From: Hormiphora californensis
Taxonomy: Eukaryota; Animalia; Ctenophora
Length of the DNA stretch: 64,000 bases
Direction: 5' to 3'
NCBI GenBank assembly: GCA_020137815.1
Contig: CM035361.1
Span: 4,092,001-4,156,000, forward strand
A program made the position numbers and the translations under genes. The notes under the pieces were generated by a model. The model made no database searches. It had not been told where the DNA came from and worked only from the letters and a program-made list of their open reading frames with translations. Below, piece after piece: positions 1 to 12,100 of this stretch; the first letter of the stretch is position 1, and each line of letters begins with the position of its first letter.

Positions 1-138
1 TTTTAACTTATTTTAACCGTTAACGGAGTCAACGACGTTGTTTATGCAACTATAACGACCGCACGGGCAAATATCAGTTATACATATATATAACCAATGG
101 TTTAATGAAGTTTAATATTATTATTTTCCTAATTGCAG

Positions 139-3100
139 CGAGTCGGAAGTAAAAGTTGGATGGATTCGGCCTTTAAGTTTAACAGAGCAGTAGCAGCTTC
201 TTCTTTTGTTGCCGATACCTGCATTGACCATACATGGAAACCACAGTGTAAGTATTGTTATATTGTATGTAGAGGACCTATAGGATGGCTGTTGCGGTGT
301 ATATATTGTGTTTAACATGCAGCAGCTTACAAAAATTACAGAACCCAGTGAGGGTACTGAGTAACCCGGGCACCACACGTATATTGGTGTGGTGCCGCAC
401 ATTTGGTTGTCCAGTGTTGATGTTCGTTGGGCTTTTATGGAAAAATGGTTTGAGATAGAGCAAAATGGACACCACCACAATTTTTCTATCACGATTTTAG
501 ATTGAAATTAATGCCTGTTAATATCGGTATGTTGTTACCAGCAGCTGTTAAAGATAAAATACTCTAATATATTTCTTTGTCCATAGTGCAGCCAACGTGC
601 CCCTTCTCCAAAGCTGCGTTGTACATCGAAGACAAGACAGATCGAGAACTGAATCTACAAAATCGATATCTGACTTTCAAAGAATCCTCCTCAAATACAT
701 ATAATGGTATCCTGTCCAGCTACGGACAAATACAGTAAGTACAGTAGGAGTCCGATTTAATAACGGCACACTCGGGGGAAAGGGTTAATTGACCGTTAAA
801 TCTATTTGTGTGTTACATGATTACTCTTGCAGTTGCATGATATGTGAACCTTAGTTTTCTATCATTCAATAAGTTGCATGATATGTGAACCTTAGTTTTC
901 TATCATTCAATAAGTTGCATGATATGTGAACCTTAGTTTTCTATCATTCAATAAGTTGCATGATATGTGAACCTTAGTTTTCTAGGTATCCTTATTATAA
1001 TTTGCAAATGCGTGGCGTGATGGTGAGGAGGAGGATGTAGTATCCCACGTGCAAATGGTGGGGGGTTGCCAAGGAAGTGCCATAGCCCAGCTACGCAGCG
1101 GGTGATTGAAGGCTGCACGTGCGGGTTGGTGCAGTGGGTGAGAGGGGTGCTCCTGGGTGAGGGAGAGTGTGGGAATTTTGGTCAACGGGTGCTCTACTTC
1201 AACGGGTTTTCTAGTCATTCAATAAGTTGCATGATATGTGACTATGAATCGGAGATAAGCACCGCAGGCTTACCCAGTGATTGGGAGAGACCTACCACTT
1301 TGACTTTTTTTGGAGGTGCATGCCGACATCTAAATATAGGGGCAGTCACCTCTATGCACGTGCAAATTTTTTTTCTCGTTTTCTCTTTTCTTCGGGTCGG
1401 AGGTGCTTGCCGGTACCTTTAAAACAAACCCGGGTTAATTAATTATATATATAATAATTAATTATAATATAATAATAATAATAATAAAGGGTTTTTAGTA
1501 TACCGCTCAGTCCAGACAGGGCTGGATCATTGACATGAGTCCAACACTGCCCAGATTCAGAGCGGTACACCAAGGTTGCTAATATCCTGACTCACTTAGA
1601 ACAAAATAGACACATCTACTGATTATATACTCCAAAAATTGAAAAAAGCCTAAGGAAAAACGGGACACATAAACTTCTGGAAAACAACTTGTTAGCTGAA
1701 ATTAAATAACAGACTATAAATCGAGATAAAGAAACAAAGCCAGTAGCCCTCATGCTACAAACAAAAGTCAGCCCAACTGCATCAGCAGCCCCCCTGCTAT
1801 AATAGCCCTAGGAAGGGAAATAGTAAGGAATTGCTATGCTAGAATTGCCTGCTCGACACGGGAAAGGGGAAGGATAGGACACCTCCGATTACAACTCTGA
1901 AGCAGATCCGAATGCCTCCTGAAACAACCTTGTCTTTAGTCTTGTCTTAAACAGATCAACAGGATGAACTGATCTGAGTTCAAGGGGGAGATCATTCCAT
2001 ACATCAGGAAGAAACACCGAAAGTCTCCTCCGACGCAACTTCGAGTTTGCATTGATACTTGATAGTTTGGGATATTTTAGCCGGAGAAAGTCTGGAACAG
2101 TTGTAGCCCTCGTCATCCTCACAGATCCATATTCCTCATCCCTAGGTACCAAATCCAACAAGTACCCAGGGGCAGTTCCTCGAACAATCTTGTAAGCCAG
2201 GAGACATGCCTTAAAAGTTAATCTCTGCTGTATTGGAAGAATGTGAGCCTCTTTGAAATACTCCATGTAATCATCTTGATGACCATTCAGATTAAAGACA
2301 AATCGGATACAGGAGTTCAGAGTCTTCTGTAGATTTTGAAGGATTCGTTGTGGAAGTCCATAGTACAAGATATTACAATAGTCAATCTTTGATATCACCA
2401 GCTGCTTTACCAGAAGGATCTTAGTACTCTTGTCTAGGCACTTATTAACTTGCCAGAGGTTCTTCAGCATCAGTCCACATTGTCGTTTCACATTATTTAC
2501 CTGACGCTCCAGCGTAAGGTGATCATCAAGTAGTACTCCTAGTGTTTTTCCAGTCTGTCCTTGGCATCTCATTGGTACTAATGACGTACCCCCAAAGTTT
2601 ATTACCGGATCAAAATTGAGCTTTTCCAAAGAGCTCGATTTCCCAAGGAGGACAAACTCTGTCTTGTCTTCATTACACTTAAGCCAGTTAGAGACCATCC
2701 ACTTCTTCATATTACCAAGGCACTCCTCCACTGCCTGCTTCGTTACATTCCATCCATCTGCATCAGTCGGTATCAGGCTAACATACAGTTGAGAGTCATC
2801 AGCATAGAGCTTGATGCTCAAACCATATGGCCGGGCAATATCCTGTAATTCCTCAATGTAAAGTAGAAAAAGAACCGGTCCTAACAGAGATCCCTGTGGA
2901 ACCCCACAGATAAGGGCAATAGCCGCTGAAAGTTCTCCTCGTATGTTCACTTGAAAATTCCTCGATCCCAGGTAACTCCTAAACCAGTCCAACGCCAATC
3001 CAGTAACACCAAACCTCCTCTCTAATACTCCAATAAGCGCCTGATGGTCCACCGTGTCAAATGCCGCACTCATGTCAAGGAGCATGAGTGCAGCAACTTT

Positions 3101-6100
3101 TCCAGAGTCCAAATCCTTTAGAAGGTCATCAAACATACCCGCAAGAAGAGTCTCACAGCTATGCCCAACTCTATACCCCGATTGGTTGGGGTTGAGTAGA
3201 TCATTCTTCCACAAGTATCCATTCAACTGAGTGAGGACAACCTTTTCCAGTAGCTTTGAAACAAACGCTATGTTCGATACCGGTCTGTAGTTCGACAGCA
3301 GGTCCTTATCACCGTTCGGGTTCTTGATCGTAGGCATAACAATTGCTCCTTGCAGAGCATCAGGAACACATGCCCTCTTCAGTGATTTGTTTACAATTTC
3401 CGTTAGGATTGGCGCTAACTCCTCGAGACAGTCCTTCACCAGCCAGGTAGGGATAGGGTCTAAATCACACGTCTTACTGGAAAGTTCCTTCACCATCTGG
3501 ATCAGCCCACCAACCGAGATTTCCTCAAACTGATTAAGCGAACATCCTCCATGTACCACCGATGACACGGGTTCCTCTTCCGGATTCCTCTCCTGTTCCT
3601 CAAGGATAATCGACCTGATCTTTTCAATCTTTCCACTAAAGAATGAAGCAAACTCATCCGCCAATTTCTTATCTAAAGGTCCACTCGGTAATGATGTCTC
3701 CGTCTTCCCCAGTACATGTCCAAGTCTCTTCTGGAGAGCTGCTGGGTCATCCTTAACCTCCTCTAGATTCCTCTTTACAAACTCCATCCTTGCCTCTTTG
3801 TCAATCTTGTTAAATTTCCTCTGAAGGTCTTTGTACTGTGCCTTGTTTAAACCGGTCTTGTTTTTCTCCCAAGCTCTCTCCGCTTGCCTCCTCTTTCTCA
3901 GAGCTTCCCTCACATCTTGTCTATCCCTCCAAGGTCTCCAGTTCTTCTTAGGCTTTCGCCGCTTCATCTGGACCAGTCGTTCCACGACACTATTCAGTGC
4001 TTTGTCATAAATTCCAAGCGTATCCTCCACTGATGCACCATCTGGAACCTCAAGACACTCCCCTTGCAGCTCCCTCTTGAAAGCCTCCACATCCACAGAC
4101 TTGAAGTCACGATACATGTTAATCCTTTTCCGAGTAATGAAATCCTTTCCAGGGGTATTAAGTTCCACATCCACTGTTACCAAGAAATGATCCGACAAAG
4201 TTCCTTCAGGAAAGATGTTAAGCCTCCTCATCTTACCAGCCAAATCCCGTTGACAAATTACCAGATCCAGGGTTCCTCCTCTAACATGAGTAGGTTCTGC
4301 TGGAACATTCTGCATGAAATCGAAAGAATCCAGCATTTCTAGCAGCTTCCGTGCATAGAAATTTTCCTCATCCTGAACTTGAAAATTGAAATCACCCATA
4401 ATTAAGGGATTGCCAGTTTTCATTAGCAGATTAGAGAAGTAATCATTGATTTCATCAAGGAAGTTTGCCTCTGTGTATCTTGCCTTTCCAGTATATGGGG
4501 GTCTGTAAATGTTGCAGAGTCTCAGTAAGTCCTCTTCTCCTCCGATCAGAACCTCCTGGACTTGAAAAGTTTTAAACTTGTACTTCACCGGTGCCAATTT
4601 TACCATCACTCCATCCCGGTATAAGACTCCAATTCCACCTCCAGACCGCTCATTCCTGGGACTAGAAAAGATGTTCCAGCCATTATCTTTTATTTCCTGT
4701 ATTTTAGCCGTGTCAGTGACCTTTAGATATGTCTCTTGGATAAGACACACGTCACATTCCTTCTCCTCCAGGTGTGTAATAACTCCTCCTGTTTTATTCA
4801 TAATCGAATGCACATTTAACGTCCCGATCCTCCAAGTCGTTTTGTTCGCAGATCCTCCATTGCCCTCGTCCTGTAGCCGTTTTTTTCCTCTTTGGTTACA
4901 CCACTTGTCCTATCCATCAGTCGTCCACGTTCATTGATGTAGTACGGACACAATGCACTTGAAGCCATATGAGTCTTGGCGTACCTTTTGTCCTCTCTAC
5001 TGCTACTGTTGTTACAGTTAACACACACCATCCTTCCCACATCATTCCTCTTCCTGTTGTTACACTCCCTTGTCTCATGCCTTCCAGAACAGAATGCACA
5101 AACTGCTGAATCATCCTTCTTTGAGCACCTGATCGAGCCTGCCACATGTCCAAATTCCTGACAGTGAAAGCACTGAATCACATGGAACCGATCTCGCACA
5201 GAATGTTGCCGAAGTCTCAGGAATATCTTATCTTTGTTCAATGCAATAACCCTCCGGATCTCAGGTGACACCTGAAGCACCGCAAATTTTCCTCTAGAAT
5301 TGATATGGATGACCTTCAATGTCTCTCCTTGGTCAACAAGAGTCTTGATTCCCTCATTCTTCACACCTGCCAATTCTGCAAACAGTGCCTCCTTGTTTAG
5401 TAAATCCTCTCCCAAATCATTTATCGCAATTCTCGGGTCCAGATAGGCTTTCTTTTCCGTAAACATCTGGACATCCTGTGCAAACACCGGGGATAGAACA
5501 TCCTTAGCCTCCTTGAGCTGGTCCTCTGTCTGGAACGATAGTCTAACACTCCCCTTGTTGACTACTGTATTCAATACTGGAACTCCTTTCAGTGCCTCCT
5601 CCACTTTAGGCCTTACATGATCAGCCCATTGCACTTTAGGACACACCGGTGCCGAGTCATCATCCTCAGTGACAGTTGTATCCAGCTTGATATCAACATA
5701 ACGTCTCATTGGGGGTACAGACACTTTCTCCTCTTCATTATTGGAAACAGTTTTCTGTAAGATCGCTGTCACCTTGTCCTCCACTTTCCTTTCAATCGTA
5801 CTCAATAAATCAGATTTAAGACTCTCAAAACTTTCCTTCAGTAAGTCAGCATGTCCGATAGAGATGTCAGCTGCTGAGCTTCCGCTGCTGTCGAAACGTG
5901 ATCTTGTTCCAGAAGGTAGCAGAGAATGGGTCTTCATCAGGAGTATCCAGAGCTGGTCTTTGGTGACCCCCTCCGGAGCCTTTCCCGCGTCGAGCAGACG
6001 CCTCAGGACAACACAACCCTGACCCCCCGACCTATCAGAAAAAACAGTTCTAGCCATAGTACTATCAAACTCCTCTCTATTCGTAACTTCATCAAAATCG

Positions 6101-9100
6101 TTCATCCTAAAACACCGGTTCACACTCCTGGACAGCACTAAAACTGACCCCCAATACTCCAAGAACGTTCAAAAAAGCCCACAGAGATTTACGCTACTTA
6201 GAGATATTAAAAATCAGAAAATTAGCACTGACACGGATCGCCAAAGAGATTACAAGCGGAACACTCAAATTAATTTGTTTAAAGTAGTGTTGAAAAGTTT
6301 GAAATAATATATATATATAATATATAATATATATATAATATATATATAATAATTAATTATATAATATTAATTAATTATATAATATCTGCCCAGATATGGT
6401 TCATTGGATCTGACCAACAGTGAGGGAGTGGAGTACCAGCCGATTGGGGGTCTATTTAAGTACCATACCAGCTCCGCCTGGGAGACGCATACTGTTAAGC
6501 CCGACTGTACAGACTACACCGCACCAGGTACGTTTCACCTGTCTGGCGACGGCAGATCCCGATTTGAAAGTGAGCTCAGATGGGGTAGACAGCTTTTCAC
6601 GATGTGTCCATGAAATCTGCAGTACACAGTAATTGCTATACTACCTACAATTAAAGTTGATGTTCTACAGTCACAATTGTCAATTAATAATACAAACATG
6701 GTAAAGTCGAATTTTAATCAAGGGACAGGGTGCCACGCATTTAATTTTCTAATTGGGCATATAATATCTCGGTTCTAAATAAGATAAAGATTTCACCCTG
6801 GTTGCGTTGGAAAGAAAATTTTTTATCTTTCCAACGCGACCAATGATACGTCTCTATCTCATCAGGAAGTTACTGAACGACACTATGCACTGCATTTGAT
6901 GTGCCTGTCCCTTGATTTAACAATTCGAGTTCACCTATATATGATATTAGTAATGCCTCAATTTGTATGTATACATCAATCCCACTATAGATATCGGAAC
7001 AAGATTTTTAATATCTTCTCTGGCTGCTAATCTCACTTTCTCTCTCACACATACACGCCCTACTGTTCAACAGTGAAGGGGAAACATACAGCGGGCAGAT
7101 CACGGTTGTGGAAGAATGGATTGGTTAAATATCAATGAATGAGATCTGTTCAGGATTAAATAGGGAGGAAAATTAGAAAAATATCTGGCGAGGGCCGGGC
7201 TCGAACCTGACAACCTCTGAGTAGAGCAATGGACGCGAAACCCAGAGGTTGTCAGGTTCGAGCCCGGCCCTCGCCAGATATTTTTCTAATTTTCCTCCCT
7301 ATTTAATCCTGAACAGATCTCATTCATTTACATTTAACCACTATAGATAAACTGGTATTGAATGCAGCGACGACGGAAAAAGTTGGACTTGACATTTACG
7401 TAGACGAAACAACACTGGGAACTGCATCAGACACGAACGATGTAAAAGCTTTCTTGGACAAGAAAAGTGACCCATGGGCCCGGTTAATTGCCTTTAAATT
7501 GGGGGCAAACTCAGATCTAATATTCAGTTTGCTCACCCCCTCGGGGCAATTCAACTCGTCAATAAGCATGCCCGGGTTGACATGCTACGATGAAACATCA
7601 GGCGATTGGTTCGAATTCTCGTGGGCGGATGGAAAGACTGAAGTTGACTGCCAATTAGGAGAATATGGTTTACAAAACTCCGCAGCTGATATAAAGGTAT
7701 GTTAGGCGCCAGGAACCGACCAAATTAAGTAAACAACCAATCAGAGCTCGTTATTTAGGTCACGTGACTGGTTATCAGCCAATCAGGGACCAGTATTTTC
7801 TGATTCGGTCGGTTCCTGGCGCTAACCTAGGAGAACAAGACAATACTAATGTAAAATTCGCAAAAATTATAGATTGGGGTGCCGAATATAATGCCCAATA
7901 AATCTGCATCCGACTGTGAATAATTTAGTCTTAATAAATAATAATCAATACATATATTGAATACAATATACAATTGGAACAATTAGTAAACTAAATTACT
8001 TATAAATAGTTTTAATTAACTAATCGTTCCAATTGTACATGTATATGTTCATGTATATAATATATGTATTGATTATTACCTGTAAATATTTCCAGAAATC
8101 GGAACAGTTAGTTAATTAGTTAATCAGCTCCAGAATCTTGATCCTGTCGAGCGCTTTACCAGCAATCCCTTTATAACCAAAGTTAATTAGTTGATCAAAT
8201 TATTTCCAGGTGGATGCTGCCGCTGAGCCGATAAGCACTGCCGCTGCCGGTGCCTTTATTGTTCGACTAGACCTCACCCAACTTGACTACCAACGAGGTA
8301 ATTTGATACAATGGAGCATTAATTAATTAGTTAACCAATTGATTAATTAACTTATTGAACTAATAAATTAATTAGTTAATTTATCAAAGAGGCATAATTA
8401 TAATCATTATGTACAGATACAATAAAATAAATAAGTACTATCATTACTAACATGTTATTCAATAAAACACGATGGCTTATATGGGGCTGTGGCATTGCCA
8501 CCACAGTTGGATTTAATTAGAATGGCTCATTTTCCCAATACAATATGTACAATGTACTAGATCCAAAAACCAAACAAGTTTGGTGGATAGCCGGGGCCGC
8601 AGAAATTTAAAAACGTGCGAAAGTTTTGATACATGAACTTTCGGGGCCTGGGGTGCTGTTAAATTCGCGTTTCCATGATTATAACCAGCAACATTTTCAA
8701 ACTATACTCCAGGAAAACTATCGCAATGATTGCAAGTTATCATTATTTTTGATTCCACATTATCATACATACAGCTCCACACATATCACGTATAATATAC
8801 TGCACACAATGGGTCGTTTCAGAATCTGTTTTACAGAATAATAGTTATGTGTTTTGAAAGAACGGCTGACTATCATGGAAACGCGAATTTAACAGCACCC
8901 CAGGCCCCGAAAGTTCATGTATCAAAACTTTCCCACGTTTTTAAATTTCTGCGGCCCCGGCTATCCACCAAACTTGTTTGGTTTTTGGATCTAGTATCAG
9001 GCATTTTGTTATACTACTTAATAAACGTGGATTGGGGATTCACGGACTTTTTCAATCGCAGATATTCAATCTCGGATATCAATTGCGAATAACGAATATA

Positions 9101-12100
9101 TGATAGTAATCGCGGACAACCAATCGCGGATAACTGATCACGAATCCGTTATAAGTTATCGCGATTAGCTATCGCGATTAGCTATCGCGATTAGCTATAT
9201 TTGCGATTACCTATCCACGATTGGTAACTATCATATTACTCATTCGCGATGAGTTGTCGTGGTTAGTTATCCGCGATTATTCTCTGATTTTGATTATTAG
9301 TTACGGATAACAATCACGGATAAGCATTGATAATCAAATATATCTGATACAATTAGGTTCTAGATGCTAATTCGCTCTTTTCTCGGTTTTTTTTAAATCG
9401 TCTTATATTTAAGACAGTCATAACTCTAGATGTGACTACCCATTATAACTGAAAATGCGGCAGTAAACCTTATTTTATAAAATAAATCTGATTCAATGTT
9501 AATTTAGACTCTGAAACGCTTCTTTCTAGGCATTTTTAAATTTAAGACAGTCATAAATCTAGATATGACTTCCAATTATATCTGAAAATACAGCAGTTGA
9601 CCTACATTGGCGAAATATATGTGATAAAATCATGATTTATAGTTTAATTTGCTCTTTTCTAGGTTTTTTTTGAAAATCGTCTTAAATCTTAATACAGTCA
9701 GATGCCCGTAACTGAAGAACCGTAACTCGGATTTGCTTGAAATTTTGATCGTGTGTTCAAGATGTCGAGACAATATTACGTACCAAGCGGCGTATTCGTA
9801 GAACGACGGGAAGGCTGTCTTAGACGCCAAAGAAAACTTAAGACAGTCATAACTTTTGTTATGACTGTCCGTTTTCTCTGTCCAAGCTTTAATACAAGGT
9901 ACACCACTAGACCTACCGACTCCCAAAGTTTCATGGTGATAGCTTTAAAACTCTGGCCTCTATTAACTACGCAAAAAAGTGGTTATTTTACGGTGGTTCG
10001 TGACGCGAAAAACGGACATTTTGTCTAAAATACGACCCTCTGTAACGTAAAAACCGTAACTCCGATTTGCATGAAATTTTGAACGGGTGCTCTAGGTGTC
10101 AAGGCAACACGAACTACCAAGCGGCAAGTTCGTAGGACAACGGGAAGGTTGTCTAAAACAAAGTTGAAATTGCCAATTTCAGACAATAAGGGTCACCACA
10201 CACCAACGTTAAAATTAAAATTAAAATTTGATATTTTTTGGTCATAACTCTGTCATTTCTTGGCAAAATTGCTTCATTTTGGGCTTGTTGGAAAGAGGGC
10301 ATCGAGCCCGATCTGAACAGCCCAAGAAACTTGAAATCCGTGCGAAGTGCGCGGCGTTACACGGCGTCATACACATTTTTATTTGGAATTTCTATCTGGG
10401 ATTTCTATTTGGAATTTCTATCTGGAAGAACCGCACGTGCAGATGCGCCGCGCCGCGGCTCAAGTTCACGTGCGAGATTAAAGAGAGAGACGCACATTAA
10501 CGTTGTACGTTTGTCTCTCACTCTCTCTTGAAAACCCGCACGTGCAGATGCGCCGCGCCGCGGCTCAAATTCACGTGCGTGTTATACAGATTCTGACAGA
10601 AAATACGAGGACAAAATTCCATATAAAAATGTGTATGACGGACTGTAACAGTGCAAAATGTGTGCGTTAAAATTTTAAAATTTTAACACACGCATTATGC
10701 GCCTTAACGCCGCGCACTTTGCGCCGATTTTAAGTTTCTTGAGCTCTTCAGAACGGGCTTGATGCCCTCTTTCCAACAAGCCCAAAATGAAGCAATTTTG
10801 CCAAGAAATGGCAGAGTTATGATCAAAAACGTCAAATTTTAATTTTAATTTTAACGTTGGTGTGTGGTGACCCCCAGTATAGTAGCGCTGTCAAAATTTT
10901 CAAAAATTTTCAAAAAATTCAAAAAATTTTTTTTTCGCAATTTCGATTTTCCATTCACTGGAAGCAAGAATGCTTGGAAAGTGGACATTTTTAAGGGAAG
11001 GATGGTTGGGGGGAGGGAGGATTGGGCCCCGGGCGCTTGCCAGCGCTATGATAATAAGTATCCTCAATTATTATATTACTGATTTCAGTGAGTGCGGAAA
11101 TTAGTCAATCCTGGTTATCTGGTCCAACTACGAAGTCAACCGATGAATCTCTGATGGACGTGGGAGAGATAGCAACCGCAGCAGTGGTTGGGGGCACGGA
11201 TTCCGAAACAAACCAATACACACCCCTATTGTAAGTTTATATTTCTTAAAGAACAGCTCAAGGACATTAAGGGGATTTAATTAGCTAACTATTAATCCTC
11301 TTTAAATTACCCTAACCCTAGATTTAGAAATGGGTTTGAGCGGTTAGTATTTAGTTAGAGTTGCTATTGGCGAAATAGGCGATAATTATGCCTATTATAT
11401 TTACTGTGAAGCTATAAAATATAAAATTAAACTATTGGTAAGCAACACAGCTCCTTCATAAATTTAAATTATTGACTTCTTTAGCTCATCAACTTCATGG
11501 AAGATTGGCAAAGTTCCCACGAGTTACTATAATCTTGATTTTGGTGCTCTCTACTACATATACCAGGTAATGATACCCCTTTACCAGGAACCGACCGAAA
11601 CAAGTAAACAACCAATCAGAACTAGTTGTTTAGGTCACGTGACTGGTTATCAGCCAATCAGGGACCAGTATTTCCTGATTCGGTCGGTTCCTGCCCTTTA
11701 CCGTGTATAATTCCAGCTAGATAACGTAACCCTAACACCCGAAGGTGGTAGAGATTCTGTTGAATCTAATTTCAATGTTTTATTCAGATAAGCCTGAGTG
11801 CAAAGTTCGATGCGGCTGGCAGTTATATCCTTTTCAAAGTATCCAGTGACATCTTTTCCTCAAAGTTTTTCCAGTCTGATGAACTGTCAGACACAGCCGG
11901 TGAGTGAGCCCCCATTGACACTATTTTACATGAACTGTCAGACATAGCCGGTGAGTGAGCCCCCATTGACACTATTTTACATGAACTGTCAGACACAGCC
12001 GGTGAGTGAGCCCCGGCCATTGACACTATTTTACACTACCTGATACTAGAACTGTCAGACACAGCCGGTGAGTGAGCCCCCTGCATTGACACTATTTTAC

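Larger units (their letters stand above)
1470..6265 (-). mobile_element. Apparently full-length CR1/L2-group non-LTR retrotransposon, antisense in an intron
   Basis: ORF1 + APE-RT ORF2 without stops, 3' UTR with terminal hairpin and (TTA)n tail at 1470-1487; 5' boundary approximate. Confidence 0.92.

Noticed and set aside
3324-6141. Short plus-strand ORFs opposite the LINE
   Set aside because: Antisense shadow frames with no recognisable motifs.
7219-7277. Functional tRNA gene
   Set aside because: The 5' acceptor strand and A box are missing, the anticodon arm is imperfect, and it is embedded in a foldback.
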